A stretch of DNA of 63,869 nucleotides, counting the filler, from Octopus bimaculoides (taxonomy: Eukaryota): NCBI RefSeq assembly GCF_001194135.2. It is 5 parts of 5 records of this genome, joined end to end, with 100 filler letters (N's around TTAATTAATTAA, not from the genome) between each part and the next. Parts side by side here need not be neighbours in the genome. Positions count along the whole stretch, not along the records: positions 1 to 18,021 come from NC_068998.1; 4 more parts are not named here. The stretch is one strand, 5' to 3'. Shown piece after piece: positions 1-11,711 of the stretch. The position numbers were made by a program, and so were the translations under genes. Positions within the stretch are counted from its first letter, which is position 1. Every line of letters begins with the position of its first letter. The notes under the pieces were generated by a model that had not been told where the DNA came from, did no database searches, and was given only the letters and a program-made list of their open reading frames with translations.

Positions 1-175
1 ATATATCTGTCTGTCTGTCTCTCTTTATATATATATTGATAGGCGTAGAAATGGAGGAAAAGACAAAAATGCTTAGGTGTAAGATATAAAAATAGGAGGT
101 GGAATTGTAATGTACGTATGCTAGACATATTTATGTGTATTTAAGATTACATAAAAAATTATGTAGTATATAGTA

Positions 176-176
<1 letters not shown>

Positions 177-236
<60 letters not shown>
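177..236. repeat. (ATCT)n microsatellite
   Basis: Direct reading of about 15 tandem ATCT units. Confidence 0.95.
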
Positions 237-621
237 GTACACTCTCTCTAACGCACATATGCATACACACAGTTACACAGTTACACACATACAGACATAC
301 AACCACTTGTACCTGCGCAGTAGCCGGTGAAAACAGTTGAAAGTAACGAAGTATTAATATACATATTCTTATAAGTTTTTTTTTCCATCTTCATTTCGTA
401 TCGTTCGTCTAAGCTGTCTTCAACAAAGTTGAGGCAATAACACTTTTTTGTTTTATTACATTTTCTACTTTATTTATTTCTTTATTATTTCTTTCTTTAT
501 TTTTTCCTTGTCGCTAAAGTTTAAATAGCTTCAAATTATAACGGCTGTATTTTACTAAATTATTAATTGAAAAACTATTCAAATCCAAACTGTCAAATAA
601 TAATAATAATAATGATGATGA

Positions 622-800
622 TGGCTTCAAATTTTGTTATAAGACCAGTATGTTTGAGCAGGGGTGTAAATCGATTATATCGTCCCCAGTGTTCAACTGG
701 TACTTACTTTATCGACCCTGAAAGAATTAAAGGCTAAGTCGAGGTCGGCGCAATTTGAACTCGGGTCGTAAAATCAGACAAAATACCGCGAAGCATTTTT
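622..800 (-). mobile_element. tRNA-derived SINE, family A (Meta-domain-like), degenerate
   Basis: The reverse complement matches the ~20 other copies in the window (GAGTTCAAATT B-box, then GCCGAGGTCGACTTTGCCTTTCATCCTTTCGGGGTCGATAAA-TAAGTACCAG). The central block resembles the MetaSINE domain (inference). Confidence 0.85.
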
Positions 801-806
801 ATTTGT

Positions 807-1022
807 TTATTGCCCACAAGGGGCTAAACATAGAGAGGACAAACAAGGATAGACAAAGAGGTTAAGTCAATTACATCGACCCCAGTGCGTAACTGGTACT
901 TAATTTATCGACCCCGAAGGGATGAAAGGTAAAGTCGACCTTGGCGGAATTTGAACTCAGAATGTAGCGGTAGACGAAATACCGCTAAGTATTTCGCCCG
1001 GTGCGCTAACGTTTCTGCCAGT
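807..1022 (-). mobile_element. SINE family A with an alternative 3' tail
   Basis: Same head and core as family A, but the tail is TTTGTCTATCCTTGTTTGTCC...CCCCTTGTGGGCAATAAA instead of the usual CCCCAAATTT...CCTTGTGCCTAGAGTAGAAA. Confidence 0.85.
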
Positions 1023-2075
1023 TTGGTGTAATAAGCCTCACCCCACAAAAACAAACAAACAAACAAACAAACAAAAGTCAAAGAACAAACAGAAAACTCT
1101 GGGCTGTATTTCGGAACCAGAATTTAACGACAGGGGAGCATGTCACCTTCCGACCCGATCTATAATTATCTTAGGAACATGAAATAGTAGTCGCTGGGAG
1201 AAAGAGAGACGAAAAGGAAGAGACAGGACTTGATGAGAAAAAGCAAGGAAAAGACGAAGAAGAAGGGAGAAAATAGGTGGAAGAAAGAGGTAGAGAAGTA
1301 GAAGGAGAGGGAGGAAGAGGAGGAAAAGAAGAAGAAAAAGGAGGAGAGTTGATCGCGGTGATCTTGTGTCCAGAGCGCAGATGAAATGCCTGAATAATTA
1401 AACTCATCGTTTTGTTGTTGCTGTTGTTGTAATTGTGAATTTTCTCATGTTTACTCGAGTACTGTAAAGAAGCTAACAACAGGATCACCACATGCTCGCT
1501 TGACCGGCTAGAAATTTGTGTGTAGAAATTTGTGTGCTAGAAATGACAACTAAATCTCCCTCATAAAACATTCTAACAACTTGAATGATGTAGGTTGGAG
1601 TGCCTTTGTTCACTGTTGTCCCTTATCACTACTTCAGCAAACAGAGAGAAGTGTATGCTTAGCTGAAGATGTATAAACACAGCCGAAACGTATCTTGAGT
1701 CATTTCCAATACATGCTGAATTAAAATGTCCTCTTTACCGTATTATTTTTTTAAAAGAGACCTTTTGCTTATTTGTGCTACATTAAATATGCCTATTCTT
1801 ATGTAACTGTTATATTACAAAAACTAGTTTATTATCTTGTTGACTCGAGATTGATCTTATTCCCGATATAGTTTAAGTGGATATTGAGATGCTACCAGTG
1901 ACCTTAGATATTCACATGATTTTAATAAGCCATCAAATGATGATCTTCCCTGTTCCTAAGAGATAAACATTCTGTTCAGAACCACTCCGGAACACTTCAT
2001 TCCAATCTCCTTCATTCAATTGTTTATTTCATCACAAGCAAATTTCATTTTCTAAATCCTCGTGGAATCAAAGTT

Positions 2076-2076
<1 letters not shown>

Positions 2077-2132
<56 letters not shown>

Positions 2133-2197
2133 AAGAAGAAGAAGAAGAAGAAGAAGAAGAAGAAGAAGAAGAAGAAGAAGAAGAAGAAGAAGAAGAA
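2077..2197. repeat. Compound (AAT)n(GAA)n microsatellite next to a gap
   Basis: Direct reading. It explains the poly-I/poly-R/poly-L/poly-F ORF-track entries. Confidence 0.95.
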
Positions 2198-2262
2198 NNN
2201 NNNNNNNNNNNNNNNNNNNNNNNNNNNNNNNNNNNNNNNNNNNNNNNNNNNNNNNNNNNNNN

Positions 2263-2919
2263 CTGTACGTATTTGCATTCGAGCCACTGCTACAGAAGTT
2301 GGAACAGCTGAGGGGCATCCCTTTCGAACTGGGGAAGTGCGACGACATTTCCGAGGATATTGGGTGCCGATGCGACGTGAACGTTAGTCTGTTCCGGAGG
2401 ACTTTCCTGTCGGGAACTATCATGGATAATTTCCAGATGTCCTTGGCCTGACAGTGCTACCGGGGATCACTACCGGTTCGAAATAAACTCTACAGGCACG
2501 GATGTGCTGTCAGACGGGCTTGTCTAAGGTGTGCGCAGAGTAACGAAACCGTTCTGCACGCCCTCGTTCAGTGTCCGGGCATTGTCGAACAGCTGCCGTC
2601 ACGTGTGGGACGGATCCATCTGTCGGTCGAGTCTGTAGGGATGATCGTACCGCCGCCCTCCTTCAATCGGTCAGGCAAGACAGTTTTCCTTTGCCTGGTG
2701 GCTGTGGAGAAAGAGGTTGTTTGATAGACACGGCTGAAAGGCATGAGGACAGACACATTCCTCTTTGGCAGAGCTCTCATTGACTGCTTCAAGTTTCATT
2801 TGAAAAGGAAACTGAGAGTGGATAGGGAAGTGTTGTCTTCGAGTGAGTTTATTGAAAGGTGGGTGAAAGTTGCGAAAATTGCAAGAGTGGATGGTACCTC
2901 TCTGAGTGTAGACCTGTGA
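2263..2919 (+). pseudogene. L1/Tx1-clade non-LTR retrotransposon ORF2 remnant (RT motif fused to the C-terminal CCHC region)
   Basis: One frame reads LYVFAFEPLLQKLE (RT motif), then LA*QCYRGSLPVRNKLYRHG...CLRC-x8-H-x4-C...KLRVDREVLSSSEFIERWVKVAK...DL*. There are three in-frame stops at probable Trp codons (2449, 2722, 2725). Confidence 0.85.
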
Positions 2920-2924
2920 GTTGA

Positions 2925-3013
2925 AGTACCAGTTACGTACTTGGTCGATGTAATCGACTAGGCACCTCCCCCAAAATTTTCAAGTCCTTGTGCCTAGAGT
3001 AGAAATGATGATG

Positions 3014-3072
<59 letters not shown>

Positions 3073-3090
3073 TATTATTATTATTATTAC
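2925..3090 (+). mobile_element. SINE family A 3' half running into (AAT)n/(ATT)n
   Basis: AAGTACCAGTTACGTACT..GTCGATGTAATCGACT...CCTTGTGCCTAGAGTAGAAA followed by a trinucleotide tract. Confidence 0.85.
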
Positions 3091-3099
3091 AGTCATCAT

Positions 3100-3660
3100 T
3101 ATTGAGTAAGAAAGCAGCATACACCATGAAAGTGACGCTGAGGTACAAATATACGAAGCCCAATACACCCATCATGACAAGCTGAATGATAAAGGTACAC
3201 TAGGCACATGTATCACAACCATAAGTGAGTGACATGGTGATCTCATATCGAGATAAACAGTGCATGATCTTGCAGATGGGGCCGAATTAGAATTTTTTTT
3301 CAGATCGAGTAGACCATCACGCTCAAAAAGGTCCCTGAATAAGGGCTGTTTCAGGATTGTGAACGAAACACCTGTTTCCAGAGGTAAATTATTCAAATCC
3401 TAAAGAAGCCTTCTCAACACACGATTATGAGGCACCCACCACTACTTCTGCGCATAATTAGAGATGCACATATCATCAGCCATCAAGGGACATACTCAAC
3501 TGGTTAAGGTCAAGTAACTGACAAGCAAATACGTGGTATTGAGTGGAATATTTGCTGTAGCTTATCTTTTACACCAAGACAAAACATGTACATGATAATA
3601 CTTCAAATCAATTAAGATCAGAAGCGACGAGAGCCACTGCCTGGTACTGCATCAGGGCAT
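3100..3660 (-). other. Unclassified probable interspersed repeat, about 560 bp
   Basis: More GC-rich block with sharp edges whose minus-strand end abuts an (AAT)n tract. It occurs once in this window, so its repeat status is inference. Confidence 0.3.
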
Positions 3661-4127
3661 ACGTGCGTAATGAGTGTTCTGTGCATAATCATTCTTAAGT
3701 ATAATCTAGTTGATGATTAAAAAATTATATTAATCACAAATTAATATTATCTTAATTAAGCTTTTACTGCATATATGATCTTTAACTTTTTAATGTTCTA
3801 ATCATTGAAATTACTTTTATTCAACTTTAACATCGTTCATCATGCGGTTGAGGCATGAGAATAACTCAATTTTTTTAGCCTCGTTTTATATTTTTACTTG
3901 TAATTATTAAAATATTCAGTGAATAATTAGATAATTAATTTTGATTAATTTTTGCTTTTTCGTTTTGTGCATCAGTATAAATTACGAAATTCTGTATATT
4001 AACTTAATGACACAAATACTAAATATTTCGTTAGCTATGGTGTATTTATGTTTTCATTACAGAACACAAATATGACCAAAAATATTAATATTACCTTCTC
4101 TGTGTATCAATTAATATAATTTATAAT

Positions 4128-4462
4128 TCTTCAGTGACCGCAACTGCTTAACTTCCTAAACTAACCTGTTATATCTATCGACTTTTCTTTCTTCCTTATC
4201 GCATACCTTGTTGTCAGTTGGGCATGCTATATCTATGATCCATCATCGTTTGCTTTCTTTCTCAATTAACACTATGTCTGGTGTCCTATTCTCTATCTCA
4301 TGGTCACACTGAATGATAAAATCCCATAGAATCTTTGCATTATTATTTTCGATGATGCCTTCAGGTCTATGTTCGTACAACTTTCTTGCTCTCTCAAATC
4401 CGTACTTTTTGCAAAGTATCCAACGGACAATCTTCGCTATATTGCCATGACGTCTCTTTCTG
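4128..4462 (-). pseudogene. R4/Dong-like non-LTR retrotransposon remnant, restriction-like endonuclease domain
   Basis: Minus frame: KRRHGNIAKIVRWILCKKYGFERARKLYEHRPEGIIENNNAKILWDFIIQCDHEIENRTPDIVLIEKESKR*WIIDIACPTDNKVCDKEERKVDRYNRLV*E. It contains the RH-, PD- and D-x-A-x-P...K-x2-Y motifs of RLE-type LINEs. Confidence 0.85.
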
Positions 4463-4740
4463 AGCTTCGAAGTTTAGGCTTGCTTAGCTTTTATCGGACA
4501 GAGTAAGTTAAAGTTTGAAATCATAATCAACACGGTTCTTGTAAGATAATGATTATAAATATATATATTATATATGTTATTATATATATTTTATCACATG
4601 TATTACGTATTTAGTTATATACTATATATTTTGCTATATATCAATATGCTTGTACATAATATATATTTTAGTATTATACATTAAGTATATTGTTATTATA
4701 TTTTATATATGTTGTATACATTATATGTTATCGCTCTCTC

Positions 4741-4795
<55 letters not shown>

Positions 4796-5009
4796 NNNNN
4801 NNNNNNNNNNNNNNNNNNNNNNNNNNNNNNNNNNNNNNNNNNNNNNNNNNNNNNNNNNNNNNNNNNNNNNNNNNNNNNNNNNNNNNNNNNNNNNNNNNNN
4901 NNNNNNNNNNNNNNNNNNNNNNNNNNNNNNNNNNNNNNNNNNNNNNNNNNNNNNNNNNNNNNNNNNNNNNNNNNNNNNCCCCACACACACCCACCCACAC
5001 ACATATATA

Positions 5010-5172
5010 CGACTGACTTCTTTCAGTTTCCGTCTATCAAATCGATTCACAAGGCTGTGGTCGGCCCGAGGCCATAGTAGAAGACACTTGCCCAAGCTGC
5101 CACGCAGTGGAACTGAACCCGGAACCATGTGTTTGGTGAGCAAGCTACCTACCACACAGCCACTCCTGCGCA
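5010..5172 (-). mobile_element. SINE family B, 5' half
   Basis: Reverse complement of GGAGTGGCTGTGTGGTA...GGTTCAGTTCCACTGCGTGGCA..TTGGGCAAGTGTCTTCTAC...GCCTTGTGA.T.GATTTG.TAGACGGAAACTGAAAGAAG. It matches the complete copy at 13274-13738. Confidence 0.9.
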
Positions 5173-5313
5173 TTGTATATAATATTATATATTATATTTT
5201 GCTATATTATTATATATACCTTTATCATATGTTGTGCATTACATTTGGTTACTATATGTTATGATACTCTATAGCCTGTCTGTATGCAATTAATTATTTT
5301 GGTGAGTACTTTG

Positions 5314-5327
5314 GTTGCCATAGTTAC
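5314..5327. promoter_or_regulatory. RFX X-box motif
   Basis: GTTGCCATAGTTAC (reverse complement GTAACTATGGCAAC) fits GTHNYY-AT-RRNAAC and lies in a non-repetitive, CpG-containing island. Function is unproven. Confidence 0.35.
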
Positions 5328-5841
5328 CGTTTGTAGCTGTGAAATAACGACCGAATAGTAGGCAACACAGCCGTATAGCCACGTGACTGGTTTGGCGTTG
5401 TCTAGTCTGAGAAATGCTGTTGTTGTCAGGCGGCGTCTTTCCATATATTTGGAATCAACAAAAATTACTCTGCGCTAGAAATAGCAGTTGAAACTCCACC
5501 CACCTCGTATCATATCTTACGTTCTTAAAAGTTGAGGATTACATTGGAGTATTTAATATTAAATCTAACACAGATATGTCGTTAAGAAGTTCGCTTCTCA
5601 ATCACGTGGTTTTAGATTCAGCCCCACGACATGAATCTTTGAGCAAGTATCTTTTACTTATAGACTCGGGGAAGCAGAAAGACTTGCGAGCAAATTAAGA
5701 TGGCGACACATTCGAAGCTTGTTTTATCTATCTATGTATCTATGTATCTATCTGTCTGTCTGTTTGTTTGTGTCTCTGTCTGCCTGCATGTATATACACA
5801 AACACCATACAAGTCACACACACGCAGACACACATACATAT

Positions 5842-5874
<33 letters not shown>

Positions 5875-5877
<3 letters not shown>

Positions 5878-6163
5878 TCTTTTACTCTTTTACTTGTTTC
5901 AGTCTTTTGACTGCGGCCATGCTGGAGCACCGCCTTTAGTCGAAGAAATCGACACCAGGACTTATTCTTTGGAAGCCTAGTACTTATTCTATCGGTCTCT
6001 TTTGCCGAACCACTAAGTTACGGGGACATAAACACACCAGCATCGGTTGTCAAGCGATGTTGGGGGGACAAACACAGACATACAAACACACACACACACA
6101 TACACATATATATACACATATACGACGGGCTTCTTTCAGTTTCCGTCTACCAAATCCACTCAC
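5875..6163 (-). mobile_element. SINE family B (3' half plus central microsatellite, rest in gap)
   Basis: (CTCTTTTA)n tail, TTGACTGCGGCCATGCTGGAGCACCGCCTTTAGTCG...GGTTGTCAAGCGATG, a CA/TA tract, then ACGGGCTTCTTTCAGTTTCCG. Confidence 0.9.
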
Positions 6164-6699
6164 NNNNNNNNNNNNNNNNNNNNNNNNNNNNNNNNNNNNN
6201 NNNNNNNNNNNNNNNNNNNNNNNNNNNNNNNNNNNNNNNNNNNNNNNNNNNNNNNNNNNNNNNNNNNNNNNNNNNNNNNNNNNNNNNNNNNNNNNNNNNN
6301 NNNNNNNNNNNNNNNNNNNNNNNNNNNNNNNNNNNNNNNNNNNNNNNNNNNNNNNNNNNNNNNNNNNNNNNNNNNNNNNNNNNNNNNNNNNNNNNNNNNN
6401 NNNNNNNNNNNNNNNNNNNNNNNNNNNNNNNNNNNNNNNNNNNNNNNNNNNNNNNNNNNNNNNNNNNNNNNNNNNNNNNNNNNNNNNNNNNNNNNNNNNN
6501 NNNNNNNNNNNNNNNNNNNNNNNNNNNNNNNNNNNNNNNNNNNNNNNNNNNNNNNNNNNNNNNNNNNNNNNNNNNNNNNNNNNNNNNNNNNNNNNNNNNN
6601 NNNNNNNNNNNNNNNNNNNNNNNNNNNNNNNNNNNNNNNNNNNNNNNNNNNNNNNNNNNNNNNNTATATATATATATATATATATATATATGTTCCACA

Positions 6700-6844
6700 C
6701 AGTCATGGTTGTGTGTTAAGAAGTTTGCTTCCTAACCACATGGTTCCAGGTCCAGTCTTCTACTAGTGTCTTCTACTATAGCCATGGGCCGACTTAAAAC
6801 CTTGTAAGTGGACTTGATAGAGGGAAATTGAAAAAAGCCCGTCG

Positions 6845-6892
<48 letters not shown>

Positions 6893-7170
6893 GATGTGTC
6901 TGTGTGTGCGTGCGTGCGTGTGGAAGTGTCTCTGTGTGTGTGTATATGTGTCGTGTCTGTGATTGTTCTTCACCAACGCTTGACAACCGGCGTTAGTGTG
7001 TTTACGTTCCCGTAACTTAGAAGTTCTGCACGAGAGACCAAAATAATAAGTTTCAGGCTTTAAAAAAATGTATTGGGGTAGATTCATTAGAATAAAAATT
7101 ATTTAAGGTGGTGCCCCAGCATGGCCACGATATACTGATTGAAACAAAATAAAAGAAGATAAAAGATAAC
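6700..7170 (+). mobile_element. SINE family B, near full length with an internal deletion
   Basis: Head, TA/GT microsatellite core and tail are all present in + orientation. Confidence 0.85.
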
Positions 7171-7363
7171 ATGTGTACTCTTTGATACCGAATAATCATA
7201 CGAAATATATCAGAAAGCAATAAAACAAACTTGTAAATTGTCTAAACATGCACTTCTCGCCTAAATCTGTCCGACTATGAGGAAAGCTTCAGGAAAGTCC
7301 TCTGAATAGGCAAGTTTTTGATCCCTGCTACATAGGACGGTAAAAGCATCAGCACTTCAAGAG

Positions 7364-7730
7364 AAGGCAAGCAGTAAAATATCTGCTTTTTTGTCTTTCT
7401 CTTTCTTGACCACTCACTTATTTTTTTTTTTGTTTTTTCCCTCTTTTTGACGCGCCCTTCTCTAAAATAATAGAATACAAAGAAAATAACACCACTGTTC
7501 TTATTTTTATGACTGAAAGCAAGCAGGAAAAAATTTGCTTTCCTTTGTGTTTCTTTCTGTTGACCACTCACCCATTTATTTTCTCTCTTTTTGTAGCTGC
7601 TCCATTCTGGATGAGAATAATAGAAGATGAAGAGACTAATACCGTTGCTCTTACCGACTACGACTGAAAGCAAGCAGAAACATTCACCTTTTTCTCTGTT
7701 GACCACTCACTCATTTGTTTTGTCTTTCTT
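7364..7730. repeat. Diverged tandem triplication, unit about 150 bp
   Basis: Three recurrences of (A)GCAAGCAG...TTGACCACTCAC near 7366, 7520 and 7670 at similar spacing. Confidence 0.7.
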
Positions 7731-8228
7731 GTTGACGCTCCCTCCTCAAAAGAACAGGAAAGCAATTAATTCACATCTTTTCTTGCAAACCAAACCGGAG
7801 CTTTCACTACTTATATTTGTTAAACAATATCGATTGTTTACAATTTATACTAAGAACTGAAGGAATGCGAAATAAAGGTGAATATGACTACAATGAATCT
7901 AGTGAAAATTATCAGTAATCAATTATGTATANNNNNNNNNNNNNNNNNNNNNNNNNNNNNNNNNNNNNNNNNNNNNNNNNNNNNNNNNNNNNNNNNNNNN
8001 NNNNNNNNNNNNNNNNNNNNNNNNNNNNNNNNNNNNNNNNNNNNNNNNNNNNNNNNNNNNNNNNNNNNNNNNNNNNNNNNNNNNNNNNNNNNNNNNNNNN
8101 NNNNNNNNNNNNNNNNNNNNNNNNNNNNNNNNNNNNNNNNNNNNNNNNNNNNNNNNNNNNNNNNNNNNNNNNNNNNNNNNNNNNNNNNNNNNNNNNNNNN
8201 NNNNNNNNNNNNNNNNNNNNNNNNNNNN

Positions 8229-8440
8229 GTGTTTGTGTGTCTGTGTTTGTCCCCCCAACCATCGCTTGACAACCGATGGTGGTGTGTTTACGTCCCCGTA
8301 ATTTAGCGGTTCGGCAAAAGAGACCGATAGAATAAGTACTAGGCTTCCAAAGAATAAGTCCTGGGGTTGATTTGCTCGACTAAAGGTGGTGCTCCAGCAT
8401 GACCACAATCAAATGACTGAAACAAGTAAAAGAGTAAAAG
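8229..8440 (+). mobile_element. SINE family B, 3' half after a gap
   Basis: TTTGTCCCCCCAACCATCGCTTGACAACCGATG...(AGTAAAAG)n. Confidence 0.9.
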
Positions 8441-8494
8441 AGTACCTACCTACCTACCTACCTACCTACCTACCTGCCTGCCTGCCTGCCTGCC

Positions 8495-8527
<33 letters not shown>

Positions 8528-8639
8528 GCCTACATGTATGTATACACCACACACGTTCACACACACGTAGAAACATACATACATATTCGAACACACACAC
8601 ACATATATCTGTATACATATATATTTATATGTGTGTGTG

Positions 8640-8832
8640 TGTGTGTGCGTGTGTTTGTGTTTGTGTGTGTCTTGATGTCTGTTTGTCTTTGTGTCTTTGT
8701 TTGTCCCTCACCGCTGCTTGACAATCGGTGTTGGTTTGTTTACACCCCTATAACTTAGAAGTTCAGCTAAGTAACCGATAGAATAAGTACCAGGCTTTAA
8801 AAATAGTACTGGGGTCAATTTGTTCAACTAAA

Positions 8833-8835
<3 letters not shown>
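8640..8835 (+). mobile_element. SINE family B, 3' half, older copy
   Basis: CGCTGCTTGACAATCGGTG...CCGATAGAATAAGTACCAGGC. Confidence 0.8.
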
Positions 8836-8865
<30 letters not shown>

Positions 8866-9825
8866 CATATTTTTGTCTCAGGTGCGCACGATGCCTTATA
8901 TGGCCTCTGAGACTTGTGGTAGCGAAGGAGGAAAGGGCATGGCCAGATTTAGGAATGTAGCTTCATCTTTAAACCTGCGATCTGGCCTTTAATGCTCGCA
9001 ACAACAGATGTAGGTAGAGGAACCTCTTTAAATGTCCCCCATTACCAAAGTGCCAGATGTTGATATTAAACGAAATCTCGTATTATTTAGCCTACCAACA
9101 AATTAGTCGTGCGTTAATGCTAATGTTACCTTCAGTTTTTGGTTTTAAAATTAGTTTAGTAATTAGTTTTCAGAGAGAGAATCTATTAATTTGTTATTCT
9201 TTTCCAAAATGGCCATCAAAGAATTGCCCCCCACCGCGCCGGCTCTTCCTCCCCATGCAACCAAATAACCAACCACTTGCCGTCTGTATGACAACAAAGA
9301 AGACATATATAATGGGAAACAACGACTGTTTGCAAAATATAAGAAATACGCTTTGATATATTGTGGTAATCAAAATATGTCAATCGCTTCAACGAACTGT
9401 TCCCAGAACGAAAGAAACACATTGTTGTTGGCGTTGTTTCTTTTTAAATAGAAATATCAGTTTTGGTAATTATGTAATCTTTCCAATTAATTTTTTTAAT
9501 AAAGAATCAAAACAAAACAAAACAAAACTAAGCTAAACCATAAAAAACAAAAGCATAAAACAAAACAAAAAATCAATAATGACTTAGAAAGCTAAACTTA
9601 TTAAACACTCTAATGGATTCGATTGTTAAAAGCCAATATCGATATAGTGTCTCGTCTTGTAGTTTTTATTGTCTTAGTTTCGTGTCAAGTCGAACAATTT
9701 GAATTTATTATGATTTAACTGTGACGAGGCTCGTTACTCATCTAACGAGAGTAATGAGCTGAGATCGAATTGTATTAATAACAGTTAAGAAGCCTCTTAT
9801 TGTCTTTTATAGTCTATCAATGGGA

Positions 9826-10105
9826 GCGTGAGGCTTCGACGTTAAGGTGTTGTACTCACGTTTGGAGGATCGTGGTTTCGATTCCCGAACCGGGCAACGC
9901 TTCATTTCCCGTTGCCTTGCAATCATTTCGACATATAACGTCTGACAGTACGTGTCCTTGTACTGGCAATTTCGATTTGATGGAGGGAGTGAGCTAATGC
10001 ACAGCACAAACATTTGATCGCTATTAACAAATCATCGATGCATGTGAAGGTTGTTCAGCAAGAAACTGCGAACGATCGCCTGTCGTTTACGACAAGATAA
10101 TTCAT
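9826..10105 (+). mobile_element. tRNA-derived SINE with a distinct tail
   Basis: A/B-box-like head (GTTAAGGTGTTGTACTCACG...GGTTTCGATTCCCGAACCGGGC) related to the heads at 17100-17165 and 28527-28600. Confidence 0.6.
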
Positions 10106-10124
10106 AAATAAAAAGTCTGTTGTT

Positions 10125-10490
10125 GTTGTTGGCACTCCGCCGCGGGTTCCAGTTGATCCGATCAACGGAACAGCCTGTTCGTGAAATTAACGTGCAAGTG
10201 GCTGAGCACTCCACAGATACGTGTATCCTTAACCTACTTCTCGGGGATAATCACAGTGTGACAAGGCTGGCCCTTTGAAATACAGGTACAACAGAAACAG
10301 GAAGTAAGAGTGAGAGAAAGTTGTGGTGAAAGAGTACAGCAGGGTTCGCCACCATCCGCTGCCGGAGCCTCGTGGAGCTTTAGGTGTTTTCGCTCAATAA
10401 ACACTCACAACGCCCGGTCTGGGAATCGAAACCGCGATCCTATGACCGCGAGTCCGCTGCCCTAACCACTGGGCCATTGCGCCTTCACAA
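10125..10490 (-). mobile_element. SINE: body C plus tail D
   Basis: 10290-10490 is the reverse complement of the head/body at 28527-28720. 10125-10290 matches the tail at 31388-31570. Confidence 0.85.
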
Positions 10491-11666
10491 TAAAAAGTCT
10501 ATTACATTAGATTCTAAACATTGCTAATGTTGTTTTTCAGGGTTTATTACATCGGTTGTTTATCGTTTTTAGTGTTTCATATACCCTATTAAATTAATTC
10601 TTCACTGTTACTGATAATACACATTGTTTTTTATAACAATCTAGCTATAGCTATTATATCGGTTCTTCAGAATTGCAAGTGTTTCTTAATACGTATCACG
10701 TTAACTTTTCACCGTTGCTAATGATTTTTATTGACTATTATATCAATTCTTCACTGTTTCTAATGTTTCTTATGGCCTGTTCCGCAAATGGTTCATTGTT
10801 GCTAATGTTTCTTGTAGCTTCACTGTTGCTAATACTTCACCCCGAGGATAACTTTACCTTTCACTCTTTCTCGGTCGATAACAGTTTGATACCGTCTAAG
10901 TACCAGTCTAACACGGGCGTCGACGCTATCATGTAACTCCGCCCCACAAAACTGCTGGTATCGTTCCTAAATCAGTAACCATTATTGTAATACAACAACA
11001 AGGCGACAAGTTGGCAGAATCGTTGAAACGTCAGAAAAAAAAACATGTTCTGCGTTCAAATACCGCTCAGGTAAACTTTACCTTTCTTTCCTCCAGAATC
11101 AATAAAATGAGGTACCAGTCTCGTAATTAGAACAATGGTATCGACAAAGCCCCTCCATTAGAATGCAGAGGACATCACTAACTGACGTTTCAAAACTTTT
11201 ACATTGGTGGGGCCATTAACAGAAGAAAATGAACTTTTCACAGCAATAATCAAAAAAGAGATTGTAAATTTGACTGTGCGATAGAATAAAAAATTATTAT
11301 ATATATAGTTTTGTACTTATTTAAAGTAAAAATAGGTATAAAATATACCCTTAAAAAAGAGATATTTTTTGTTTGCTTTTTATCCGTTTGGGTCACACAT
11401 TCAAGCAAAACTTTCTCGTTGTTTAAGGGTTAAAATGTATACATGAAAAATATTTGCGTTCTTTAAAATGAGACACAGAACGTTTCGTTGTTATTTAAGC
11501 TAAATAATATTTACCTGAATACTAATACTAATAACATTAACATAATGATGAATAAACAAAATGAGCAGATAGTAATAAAAAACACTGCTTCCTTTATAAA
11601 CTAAAATCAATAAAACTACCTAATATAGCAAAAGTAATATTAAGTTAGTCCTTGATTCGAATTATA

Positions 11667-11711
<45 letters not shown>

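Noticed and set aside
1171-1491. 106-aa Ser/Pro/Phe-rich minus ORF
   Set aside because: Antisense reading of a purine-rich low-complexity (GA/GAA) tract.
1655-1700. GCTG...CAGCCGAAACGTA resembling the 3' half of the 52.5-kb hammerhead
   Set aside because: No correctly placed CUGANGA with a pairable stem I and II. At best a decayed relic.
4650-5264. Long ORF-track entries rich in X, YI, HT or CV repeats here and throughout the window
   Set aside because: These are translations of N gaps and dinucleotide microsatellites with no coding signal.
9100-9420. Cluster of TCF-, Sox-, YY1- and homeodomain-like words in unique sequence
   Set aside because: Short AT-rich motifs are expected by chance here and there is no independent support.
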